The notes under the pieces are model-generated. The model was not told the DNA's origin. It saw nothing but the letters and a program-made list of their open reading frames with translations, and ran no database searches. A stretch of DNA of 64,000 bases from a virus, in the IMG/VR virus record IMGVR_UViG_3300031918_000006, positions 32,001 through 96,000 of that record, one strand, 5' to 3'. This document shows, piece after piece, positions 31,001 to 39,311 of this stretch (positions within the stretch are counted from its first letter, which is position 1; every line of letters begins with the position of its first letter). The translations under genes were made by a program, and so were the position numbers.

Positions 31001-32235
31001 AAGGATTAACCTGGACTTATACTGAACCTAAGTTGTATATTTTAAGAGGTAAACAATATATGAAGAAACTCTATATGAATTACTTAGAAGTACACGGTTT
31101 ACTTAATTATGAACCCAACATACATGATAGTGTAAGAATTGGTGATATAGTTACTGAAACATGGAAGTACCAAGGAGATGATGTTAAAATGGACTCTATG
31201 ATTACTGCTAAAACTCCTACAGGATTATGGGTGGAACGTTTAGGAAAAAGTCCTTCAGGGGATTCTATTTCGGTTAGAAAAAAGATATATAGACATAGAG
31301 AAGGAGTTGAATATCCTCAGATCTCAGATGTATACTTACATAAAAAACGTGATACTACCTCAACTTCTAGAGAAGACGCTAAAAGTAGACAAACTAATCT
31401 TTTAATTGGTAATACTCAGTATGAAGAGAAGATTAAAAATCTAGATCAGGAAACTAAAGAAAGAAAAGCAAGTACTTTAAAAAAACCACTTAAAGCTTCT
31501 TTAGATACTGATAATTTCTATAAGAGTAGAGATTCGGAAAGTAAGATTATGGAAATTGTAGATAAACTACAATCTACTTATAATGTGCCTATTATAATGC
31601 TTAGAACTAATGAGATTGCTCAAAGTTTTGGTGATATTTTAGGAACTGATGCTACTAAAGTTAGAGGATTTATAAATGAGGGTAAAGTTTATATAAATTT
31701 AGATAAAGCTTCTTCTGCAGAACCTCTACATGAGATGGCACATATTATATTAGAGAGTATTAAAGCCAATGACTATAATTTATATCAAACGGTTATTAAT
31801 TCTGTTAAGTCTCATCCATACTATGATGCTATAGCTAAAAATTATCCTAATAGGGCCCCGGAAGACTTAGATGAAGAAGTATTTGTTTCTATTTTTGGAG
31901 AAAAATATAGAACAGTTACTCATAATCAATATAATAAGTCTTGGTATGATCAAAATGAAAGTATATTTACAAATATCTGGAATTATATGAAAAATACTTT
32001 TGCTTCTATTTTTGACAATAAATCTATCTTGGATATTCCAAATGAAAAGCTTGCTATGATGCCTTTAGACGAATTAATTAGTACCTTTGGGGACAATTTG
32101 ATGGAAGGTAAATTTAAACACGTTTTAAATTATGATACATCAACTCTTGAGAGAAAAGTGACCAATTTAAAGACAAATCTTTTATCAAATGAAGATGAAT
32201 CAGAAAGTTACCTTAGAAAAACTTGTAATACTTAA
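28051..32235 (+). CDS. Giant polyvalent virion protein with two zincin-like HExxH domains
   Basis: LAHELTH (~28564-28578) and LHEMAH (~31729-31743), each preceded by beta-strands (GSIYV; GKVYIN) and followed by a downstream Glu (ANEIIA; DEEVF). Confidence 0.7.
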   Translation: MACTLTFTLGGIKYNIPAEGNLADYDGKNLTDILGSLDSHTQINLLENILKYSNIQPYDYEENPTVTNLIASNNIPNISVSKLTEKLGDLVLPDGSNHFKLRQVVLSMLNEKTDKISLVSAQITDGSKKGHGVFISQTGSIYVHAKPNDKIDTLEDYFLGKDSKVLLERLAHELTHSKLDALMVNQPELAKELVEEWNSKKGGLSDEFKSIKSSIDKLKTNEAKANEIIAYYFSDFQLQGAYQSKTLEDAFKSMVSNIIPLETIVSTSTPGYFDSSNPYEDYDHSRYKNHWDDPVWQYRHPELEPPFTGDTNASLQKMVAEIDPTSENYQADKAKQILARFNANTSDIQENSEFKYQKYDVSYGAPIVIDDFNRDIQILRLAENDLVLVSKDIFLNPKTKEWEARPTKKGEEKSSYRPVISTYINANNEVMINLPIKDGSGKTYSLPAKFVESLRKYDGDLIDTPYNKEKAKEYADWMVANVNSAYGDDPADSSIIRTIDITSKTGKSFQISVASNYESYGFKFYNQESAREIYDGAEVGDVVKVFIKEKGDKKAGGYRAKILRKFGNSVEVVTSKGAVLIVKPSAINEVIYLKENHPDFLSQVENIDKGTISQDLIDDGNSQFRKYRKVNFVSQNKKDGEFQDKINDYFDIYSKEDSAIKVERRRAEVKKLKAGDLIKVKWYYTDTKTKEDREVSHWYPVVTKTSDLVYYYNSTSEKVSSVNILDGKGYEIYGLAINNTNSSKLFDEFNEIRKSIEGLRRDDTGTLLSDDAIKNNLGEALRNAEPSSLQDIYHITEIEDVDEVAAGEDNDLKLSVSQVQRGSIVKAYVFDIDEEGRDKKTKIYKWFVVTGFDENTGRPICVTQTKDKNGKTGVYKEYPIEFQNIKAIGHRLTDNADLGIYGNKTLKEYLDKLRKTFDTISEPIFITQAETPKYERSNRTFNTALYGLLKNGKMGYAVSDKYVIEQFKDKTDFEEWKKNTPEAKGLTWTYTEPKLYILRGKQYMKKLYMNYLEVHGLLNYEPNIHDSVRIGDIVTETWKYQGDDVKMDSMITAKTPTGLWVERLGKSPSGDSISVRKKIYRHREGVEYPQISDVYLHKKRDTTSTSREDAKSRQTNLLIGNTQYEEKIKNLDQETKERKASTLKKPLKASLDTDNFYKSRDSESKIMEIVDKLQSTYNVPIIMLRTNEIAQSFGDILGTDATKVRGFINEGKVYINLDKASSAEPLHEMAHIILESIKANDYNLYQTVINSVKSHPYYDAIAKNYPNRAPEDLDEEVFVSIFGEKYRTVTHNQYNKSWYDQNESIFTNIWNYMKNTFASIFDNKSILDIPNEKLAMMPLDELISTFGDNLMEGKFKHVLNYDTSTLERKVTNLKTNLLSNEDESESYLRKTCNT

Positions 32236-32245
32236 AATAATATAA

Positions 32246-35200
32246 ATGAGTAAATGTAAATTCACCTTAACAGTAAAAGGTAATAATATAGAATTTGATA
32301 CTGAAGAACAATTAAATTCATATCTTAAAACCAATTATGACACTCTTTCTAGAGGTCATATTGGCGGAGATGTGGAATTATCTACTGTATTAGAAGGGAA
32401 AGAAAAGACAAAATTAGAACAAACTGTGGCTAAATTACAAACCATTGCTTCAAAGACTCCTGAGATAACTACTGTAGAGTTTAACGAGAATGGTGAGAGA
32501 GTAATTAAATCAGCCTATGAAGGTGTTACTAAAAGAATAAAGCGTCTTGCAAAAGCCGGGGGATTACCTGTGACTTATTATGATGAAAAAAATTATATTG
32601 ATAATAGATTGATTCAAATACGAAGCGCACTTCGTAGGGGGGTAGGTCCGGAAACTTTAAAGGCAGACTATGCTAATATTATCTCTAAATTTACCACAGG
32701 AGTTGAGCAATTAAAAGGAGCAGAGTCTGAAACTTATGATAAGCTAACTAAAGCTCTTATTATGCCTTTAATTATTAAAGAACAGGCACAAAGAAAATTA
32801 TTGGGAACATTTGGAACAAACTTACATAGAATGGCAGAGACATACTTTGCAAACAGATTAGAAAACTCAGATAAGTCTTTTTCCATTGGTAATTTCCCCG
32901 CAGGTATTACAAATCTTTCTACAGAAGGAAAAGAAAATTATTTACAGTATTTAAAAGAATTAACTAACTTTTTAAAGTCAGAACATGGAGATGATGTAGT
33001 TCTTCTCCCAGAATATAAAATATTTGATGATGCTACCAAATTAGTAGGAATTATTGACTTATTAGCAATAGATAGTATGGGTAAAGTTCATATTTATGAC
33101 TTTAAAGCCTCATATAAAGATCCTTCTGATTGGCATTCAGCTAAACAGATTGAATTTAAATATCAATTAGGCATTTATTCTAATATGTTGAAAAATAAAG
33201 GATTTGATGTACGTGGAATACAGGTTTTACCTATTACCATGCTTGATATTAATTTTGATGATGAAACTATTCCAAGATTAGCCGAACATCTTCCTTTTGA
33301 TGCAAGTCCCTCTGAAGATATTAAATATAATATCAATAATAGTGTTATTCCTTTAACAACTGCTGCTTTCTTTGAATCTACATCTAATAGTCATGCTATT
33401 ATCACTGAAAATCTAAAAAAGGCTTGGGGATACAATTTAAAATTAAAATCATCCTACGCTAATGTTCAAGCTTTTAAAGATAGTAGTAGAGTTACAACTG
33501 ATATAAATAAACCTGGAGTATTCACTTTCTGGGATAATATTAAACGTAAGTTTATTGATAATACTGCTGAGAGTTTAGATAAAAACATTGAGAATTACTT
33601 AAAATCAGAAGCTGAGGCAACCTCTTCTGAGTTACTCCGTTTTAAAGATTGGATGATTGCCTCTATTGCTGGGAAAAAACAACTTATAGACTTCAAAAGA
33701 AGAAGTGAGATAGGTAATATTCATATGGTAAGAGCTTTTGAAAAATATACTAAAGGAGGATGGACTTTAGTTGCAGATGATGCAGATCTAGATAGTTTAG
33801 GACTTTTAATGTTTGTAAATGAATCTAATAAGTCCGTAGAATTTGTATCTTATACAGTAAATGCTTTAAATAAAAAGGTTAAACTTCCAATTGGTTCTAC
33901 TATAGTAGGAAACTTTATTTCTGATGGTAAAGGACTTGAATTACCTGATTTATTACCAGCTACAAATGGCAACATAGAATTATTAAAGACTTATTTCTAT
34001 ATTAATGAAAATGCAGAAAAATTAAAAGATTTTACTGTAGGTAGAGTTATGGCTTATAATCCAATTAATTCTGAATTTGTAGTATATAACAATGATGTGC
34101 TTAAAACTAATTTTGGATATTTAATCTCTAGATTAGAAGGTAAAAATACAACTTTAGAAGTAAATACTACTGATAAATTATTAGCTCTTCATAATCAATT
34201 TGTTGAAATTATAACTGAACCTTCTACTTCACAATCAGAAAAAGATTTAGTGAATAAATACTTAACCACTTTAAATGATTACCAGAACACTGGCCGTATG
34301 GAGAGTCTTAAAATTATACAAAAAGATTTACATATGTTATTGAACAAATATGGTCAACATAAAGTAAATAGTTTTATGTTATTTGAGGAAAAACTCTATG
34401 GTATGATCAGTGAGGCTATTGTAGCAGAAGCTGACTTAAGAATTTCTACCTCAGAAAAAGATATTCCTAAATATAGTGCAAATGGTACTATGCTTTCTAA
34501 TCCTGGAAGTATTGGCTCTCGTAATTTACGTGTATTTGTGGATGTAATTAAGTTATCTATGCATAAAATACGTAGAAGACAAACTGAATTCAAAGCAACT
34601 AACGTTGAGATCTTTGATAAGTATCTAACTTCTAAAGGAAAAACTAATTTACGTAGAGCTACTGTTGGAGACAACATTAGGGCTTATGATTCTTTGTTTG
34701 AGGGAAATTCTCCTAATAAAGAACTTATTTTAAAGAATCCATATGATAAAAATACTCCACTAAATAATGAGGAAAGAGAATTTTTAAAGTATTTCTTAAA
34801 AGAAATTAATTTTAGAAGATTTAACACTCAATCTCTTGATTCTGAAACAGCTCAAGACATGATTTCAAGTAAGGAATGGTTTAAATTGCCTTTATTAAGA
34901 GCATCTAGTTCTTCAAAAGCTTCTAATATGAGTCTTAAAGGATTAAGAGATGCTACTACAGAAAATTGGAATAGTTTCTTAAATACTAATCACTTATTTG
35001 ATGAGAAAGATGAACAAGCTGTAAAAAACAGAAGTGAGGATATGTTTACTATGTTTAATGAGTTTAATTTTCATGCACATCCTGATGCTCGTATGAAATT
35101 GATCGAGCAGCAGAGTCCTAATGCATTTGAAACTAATTTAGAGAGAGTTTTAGACAATTTTGTATTTTCCGCTATTAGAAAAGAAGAATATGATGACATG

Positions 35201-36676
35201 TTACCTATTGCTAATGCTGTACGTACTACTATCGCTTATAATGGATTTGGAGTAAACATTCCAGTTCCTAATGCCTTAGAATTTATGGATAAGTACTCAC
35301 AAGCAGCTGTTTTCAATGAAAAATCTATACCACCTGAATTAAGAGGAGTATACAAAGGGATTAGTATAATTAAGGATATTACTAGTAAAATGAACTTAGG
35401 TATTAACCCATTAAGTGGTTTTGTTAATACTTTACAGGGTTTATGGGGTAATGTGTCTAGAATTACTGCTGGTAAGTACCCAAACATGTTCGGAAAAGAA
35501 GATTATTTTTGGGCTTTGAATCATTTTTGCAAAGATTCCTCTGAATCTATGACTAAATTGACTGTTTTGGAGAATTTAAACATGATTTATGGTATCAATA
35601 ATATGGATATTAATATCCTCTCAGAGGTCATGTCAAAGAATAATAGTGGTCTTTTAAACTTCAAATCCAAGTATTTATACTGGATGGCGTATGCTCCTGA
35701 CTATTTTAATCGTATGACTCTTTTTATTGCTCAAATGCATAAAGATGGTTGTTTTGAAGCTCATAAGATGGTTGGAAACCAAATGGTATATGATTGGACA
35801 CTTGATAAAAGATTCTCTGAGTATGCTAAAGGAAACACTTCACACCCAGACTATAATAATCAATTCTCTTTATATATGGCTGTTTTAGCTGATTTTAATA
35901 AAGAAGGGTATGCCTTAACAAAAGGACAAGCACTACCTTATGCTTATACTGGAGCGCAAAGAGAGAGTATGAAAATGTTCTCTGATAGTATTCATGGTTA
36001 CTATGACCATGAAAGTAAAACACTTGCAAATAATACTATTTTAGGGGTTTTATTCTTTCAGTTTAAGACCTGGATTACTGCTAAAAAAGATCAATGGGCT
36101 CTTCATCCTGATACATATGCTATTGGGGATTATGGACCACTTGTCTTAGATGGGGTAAAGCAATTTATAGATAAAGATGGAAATCAGACTACTGAAGATA
36201 CTGGTATGCCTATGATGAAAATGCAAGGCTCTTTTCAAGAGGGTATATTATATTCATTAAAAGGTATGGCTCAAGATTTTCAAGAAGCTAAATGGGATAT
36301 TGGTAAATTATGGGAAATGACGAAAGAACATCCTGAGAGAATGTCTAATATGAAATTAATGCTTTTTGATTTAGGAGTAGTTATAGCTATGGCAATTACA
36401 ACAGGTCTTATTGATTGGGATCAACTAAAAAAAGATGACACTTATGCTTATACTATGTATAGAGCCATTATCAGATCTAGTTCAGATTTAAATGTTTTAA
36501 ATAACGTTACCACTGTATTAGATATGAAAAAGTCACCATTTATGTCGTTTAACTATATGGGAGATTTAATTTATGGGATGGGACCTGTATTAACAGGTGA
36601 TCAAGATTTCTCTAAATATCTCTTCACAAATACTGGTCTTTTGAGGCCGTTTACACCGCTGCTTGCAACAAAGTAA
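32246..36676 (+). CDS. Giant virion protein with an N-terminal PD-(D/E)xK (RecB/Cas4-like) nuclease domain
   Basis: FGTNLH...E...GIIDLL...IYDFKAS...YQLGIY; hydrophobic C-terminal helix (LMLFDLGVVIAMAITTGLI). Confidence 0.75.
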   Translation: MSKCKFTLTVKGNNIEFDTEEQLNSYLKTNYDTLSRGHIGGDVELSTVLEGKEKTKLEQTVAKLQTIASKTPEITTVEFNENGERVIKSAYEGVTKRIKRLAKAGGLPVTYYDEKNYIDNRLIQIRSALRRGVGPETLKADYANIISKFTTGVEQLKGAESETYDKLTKALIMPLIIKEQAQRKLLGTFGTNLHRMAETYFANRLENSDKSFSIGNFPAGITNLSTEGKENYLQYLKELTNFLKSEHGDDVVLLPEYKIFDDATKLVGIIDLLAIDSMGKVHIYDFKASYKDPSDWHSAKQIEFKYQLGIYSNMLKNKGFDVRGIQVLPITMLDINFDDETIPRLAEHLPFDASPSEDIKYNINNSVIPLTTAAFFESTSNSHAIITENLKKAWGYNLKLKSSYANVQAFKDSSRVTTDINKPGVFTFWDNIKRKFIDNTAESLDKNIENYLKSEAEATSSELLRFKDWMIASIAGKKQLIDFKRRSEIGNIHMVRAFEKYTKGGWTLVADDADLDSLGLLMFVNESNKSVEFVSYTVNALNKKVKLPIGSTIVGNFISDGKGLELPDLLPATNGNIELLKTYFYINENAEKLKDFTVGRVMAYNPINSEFVVYNNDVLKTNFGYLISRLEGKNTTLEVNTTDKLLALHNQFVEIITEPSTSQSEKDLVNKYLTTLNDYQNTGRMESLKIIQKDLHMLLNKYGQHKVNSFMLFEEKLYGMISEAIVAEADLRISTSEKDIPKYSANGTMLSNPGSIGSRNLRVFVDVIKLSMHKIRRRQTEFKATNVEIFDKYLTSKGKTNLRRATVGDNIRAYDSLFEGNSPNKELILKNPYDKNTPLNNEEREFLKYFLKEINFRRFNTQSLDSETAQDMISSKEWFKLPLLRASSSSKASNMSLKGLRDATTENWNSFLNTNHLFDEKDEQAVKNRSEDMFTMFNEFNFHAHPDARMKLIEQQSPNAFETNLERVLDNFVFSAIRKEEYDDMLPIANAVRTTIAYNGFGVNIPVPNALEFMDKYSQAAVFNEKSIPPELRGVYKGISIIKDITSKMNLGINPLSGFVNTLQGLWGNVSRITAGKYPNMFGKEDYFWALNHFCKDSSESMTKLTVLENLNMIYGINNMDINILSEVMSKNNSGLLNFKSKYLYWMAYAPDYFNRMTLFIAQMHKDGCFEAHKMVGNQMVYDWTLDKRFSEYAKGNTSHPDYNNQFSLYMAVLADFNKEGYALTKGQALPYAYTGAQRESMKMFSDSIHGYYDHESKTLANNTILGVLFFQFKTWITAKKDQWALHPDTYAIGDYGPLVLDGVKQFIDKDGNQTTEDTGMPMMKMQGSFQEGILYSLKGMAQDFQEAKWDIGKLWEMTKEHPERMSNMKLMLFDLGVVIAMAITTGLIDWDQLKKDDTYAYTMYRAIIRSSSDLNVLNNVTTVLDMKKSPFMSFNYMGDLIYGMGPVLTGDQDFSKYLFTNTGLLRPFTPLLATK

Positions 36677-36682
36677 AAAAAT

Positions 36683-36712
36683 AGCCCCTTAGAAATTTCT
36701 TTCTAAGGGGCT
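36683..36712. terminator. Bidirectional terminator between the convergent gene blocks
   Basis: AGCCCCTTAGAAA-tttc-TTTCTAAGGGGCT, 13-bp perfect stem, with an A-run on the left and a T-run on the right. Confidence 0.9.
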
Positions 36713-36719
36713 TTTAATT

Positions 36720-37406
36720 TTATGAGGAAAACATTTTAAAATATTCAGTGATTGAGGTACCTAAAGCATCTACAAAACCTTTTTTAGCTCGATCTGAATG
36801 TTTAGTACCATCAAACCAATCTTTTACTGTACCTGTGCCAAGTAAATGAGCTGCAGCAGCCATTCCATTCTCTGTAATTGGTATTCCTTTGAAACTAGTG
36901 CCTATATACTTCAAGTAAGGGGTCAACTTTTTAAGATTAATAGTTTTATAATTCAAAGCAGCATTATGTTGTGCATTTAAATCTGTATCATAATCTTGAG
37001 CAAGAATACCCACAGTTTTTAAACTATCATCATTAAATTGATATAGTCCTCTGTAAGATCCTTGTGTAGCAGTAGGTATTAAAGAGGATTCTCTTAATCC
37101 TAATTTATATAAATAGTCTTTATTATACTCAGAAGTAGGTAACTGCTTTATTGATTGTATACTCTGTTGGACAGTTGGATTATTGGTATTAAAAGGGACT
37201 TTTTTCTTTACAGGATAAGGAGTTTCTTCAGTAGGTCCATCTATTTCAGTCGATCCACCAGCTATTCCAGGTAATCCTGCCATAAAGTCCATATATTCTT
37301 TTAAATAAGGAGAGGGTTCTGGTATAGTAGAATCTATGCTTGTGGGTTTCACACCATTACGATAATTATTGATTTTTTCTTTAGAGGATTGATTAAGTAG
37401 GTCCAT
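36720..37406 (-). CDS. Lysozyme-like / lytic transglycosylase domain protein
   Basis: LGLRESS (catalytic Glu), YRGLYQF and AAAHLLGTG motifs. Confidence 0.7.
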   Translation of the reverse strand: MDLLNQSSKEKINNYRNGVKPTSIDSTIPEPSPYLKEYMDFMAGLPGIAGGSTEIDGPTEETPYPVKKKVPFNTNNPTVQQSIQSIKQLPTSEYNKDYLYKLGLRESSLIPTATQGSYRGLYQFNDDSLKTVGILAQDYDTDLNAQHNAALNYKTINLKKLTPYLKYIGTSFKGIPITENGMAAAAHLLGTGTVKDWFDGTKHSDRAKKGFVDALGTSITEYFKMFSS

Positions 37407-37426
37407 GTTCTTAGTTTTTGTTCAGA

Positions 37427-37457
37427 CAAAAATACGAAAAAAAAATACCCCACGCAA
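37427..37457 (-). promoter_or_regulatory. Bacteroidota sigmaA-type promoter for the lysozyme-like gene
   Basis: On the - strand: TTG (37457-37455), 20-nt spacer, TATTTTTG (37434-37427). Confidence 0.55.
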
Positions 37458-37480
37458 GACTTTCGTCTCACATGGGGTAT
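37437..37480 (-). terminator. Intrinsic terminator ending the replication operon
   Basis: ATACCCCA...TGGGGTAT outer stem with an inner AGAC-tttc-GTCT hairpin; the A-run on + is a U-tract on -. Confidence 0.75.
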
Positions 37481-37482
37481 AA

Positions 37483-37722
37483 TTATTTTTCAATAGGTTT
37501 TCTAAAGGATCTTTTGATTTGATTAGAAAAACTAGGCTTGATTATCTGTCGTTTCTGTTTCCTAGATAATGTCTGGAATTTTTCCATAGTCTCAAGCATT
37601 TTTTTGTAATTTTCAGAGCTGTTTTGAACTTCTTCCATTGTAGTAGGAGTACTAAAATCAAACGCTGGATCTCTATCATTGAGATTGTTTTCTTCTGAGT
37701 AGTTTATTAGTCTATCTTGCAT
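37483..37722 (-). CDS. Hypothetical protein
   Basis: ORF tightly packed in the operon with an A-rich leader. Confidence 0.55.
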   Translation of the reverse strand: MQDRLINYSEENNLNDRDPAFDFSTPTTMEEVQNSSENYKKMLETMEKFQTLSRKQKRQIIKPSFSNQIKRSFRKPIEK

Positions 37723-37728
37723 TTTTTA

Positions 37729-37923
37729 TTAATTAATAAATAACTGCCCATCTTCATCGACTTTTATCGAGCATGCACAATTAATTCCTCGTACACCTTC
37801 ATCCACTTCAATATCATCAGAAAGCTTACCATTTCCAAATTTAATTTGAACAAAATAAGCAGACCAAAATCCTGGATAAATTCCAGGAGCTATTATTGGA
37901 TATTTTTCTAAACTTTTAGCCAT
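37729..37923 (-). CDS. Hypothetical protein
   Basis: TAATG coupling with the helicase gene. Confidence 0.6.
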   Translation of the reverse strand: MAKSLEKYPIIAPGIYPGFWSAYFVQIKFGNGKLSDDIEVDEGVRGINCACSIKVDEDGQLFIN

Positions 37924-39311
37924 TATTTGTAAATATGTGCTTTATGAGAAGCTCTAGAATAAGCAACATACTTAATCTTGTTTTTCTCAGCAATGTTAAT
38001 ATTTTTATTGATATTAGGTTCACTTATAAAAGTATTAATATAAGTACTACCTTGTGCTTTATGACAACTTACAGCATAACCGTAATCGATGTCTTTAGTC
38101 TTTTTACTACCACTAGTGCAGTCTTGCATAAGAGAATGATTTTCTTTAAAAGGAAAGTATTCTTCTGAGAAGCATTTTCTTCTATTTTTACTTTTTGGTG
38201 CAAAATGAAGTGCTTTTTGTAGTAATTCATCATGAGTTCTTAAGTAAGCCCACTCTCCTTTTAATGTAGGTTCTACTATAAAAATCTCATGCACAGTTAT
38301 TCCACCCACTTCTTGTAATCCAGTAATATATCCTGGAACATTAAATGGACTCATAGCCCACTCAACCTTTTTTACTAGATAATCTTCTGAATTTTTTATA
38401 ATAGCACCAGTAGCATCTCTTCCAATATTAGAGTAACTCATTAATACATCTCCTATTACTAAGGGAAGAGTTTCCTCTGGAAATCTCATCTGACGTATGA
38501 TAGTGTTCCATTGCCTTACTGATGCATTGGTCCATGTAAGTAATTTAGCATACAAAGGATTCTCAATATACTCTTTCGAGCAGAATTTTAAGGCAAGTTG
38601 TTGTTTAAACTCTTCTAGATTAAACACTTCTAACCCTTCTCCTAATGTATTTAATATAGTTTTAATCTCTACTTCATCAAGACTTTTTGTAGAATCTCTT
38701 AGCATATCATTTAATATAAGTAAAGGATTTCCATCATTTTGTCTCTCAATTTTTGTTAAGGAGAATCTGGAGAGTTTTTCAGTAAAAACTTTACTTATCT
38801 TTTCTTTTATAGGGGGAATTTGAGCAGAATCTCCAATGAAGATTATCTTAACTCTAGTTCTTTTAGCTATAATCTTCAAATAATCAAAGAGATCATCATT
38901 AATCATAGAGGCCTCATCAATGATGAGAATCTCATATAGACTAATTTCATCTCGACCTGTTGGGTCAAATTGTAAATTATTTATATCAAAGTTCTCTACG
39001 TTTAAATTAGGAGAAAGGCCAAGGAGAGACTGTAAAGTCCTTCCTTGTTCCCCCGTAAATTTAGAGATCACTTTTAATGCTTTATGAGTAGGTGCTGAAA
39101 CTACAGCATCTAATTTTAAAGAGTCTAGTAGTTTTTTAATACTACAGCTCTTACCGGTACCAGCAAAACCTTCAAGAACAAACATTTGCTCCTTAGTTTG
39201 AAGCCATGCTTTTATTGTTTCTATTGCTTCTATCTGTTGAGGATTCAGAGTTATCAGAATCCCGGATGGAAGAAGTAATTGATCATCAGGTAAATTATTC
39301 GTCAGTTTCAC
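37923..39311 (-). CDS. Dda/RecD-like SF1B DNA helicase
   Basis: GFAGTGKS, SAPTHKA, IIDEASM, GDSAQIPP, YAVSCHKAQGSTY, YVAYSRA. Confidence 0.9.
   Translation of the reverse strand: MKLTNNLPDDQLLLPSGILITLNPQQIEAIETIKAWLQTKEQMFVLEGFAGTGKSCSIKKLLDSLKLDAVVSAPTHKALKVISKFTGEQGRTLQSLLGLSPNLNVENFDINNLQFDPTGRDEISLYEILIIDEASMINDDLFDYLKIIAKRTRVKIIFIGDSAQIPPIKEKISKVFTEKLSRFSLTKIERQNDGNPLLILNDMLRDSTKSLDEVEIKTILNTLGEGLEVFNLEEFKQQLALKFCSKEYIENPLYAKLLTWTNASVRQWNTIIRQMRFPEETLPLVIGDVLMSYSNIGRDATGAIIKNSEDYLVKKVEWAMSPFNVPGYITGLQEVGGITVHEIFIVEPTLKGEWAYLRTHDELLQKALHFAPKSKNRRKCFSEEYFPFKENHSLMQDCTSGSKKTKDIDYGYAVSCHKAQGSTYINTFISEPNINKNINIAEKNKIKYVAYSRASHKAHIYK

Noticed and set aside
17937-32257. Split inteins as the explanation for the terminal Cys/CN residues
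   Set aside because: No HINT blocks (C1...TxxH...HN) are visible, and the geometry is wrong: the Cys sits at the very end of the upstream chain, not at the start of a ~100-aa intein-N.
2395-35487. Short opposite-strand or alternate-frame ORFs inside the late genes (e.g. 3391-3654, 4506-4817, 6283-6672, 8791-9258, 20152-20469)
   Set aside because: Shadow ORFs of long genes; no motifs and no independent signals.
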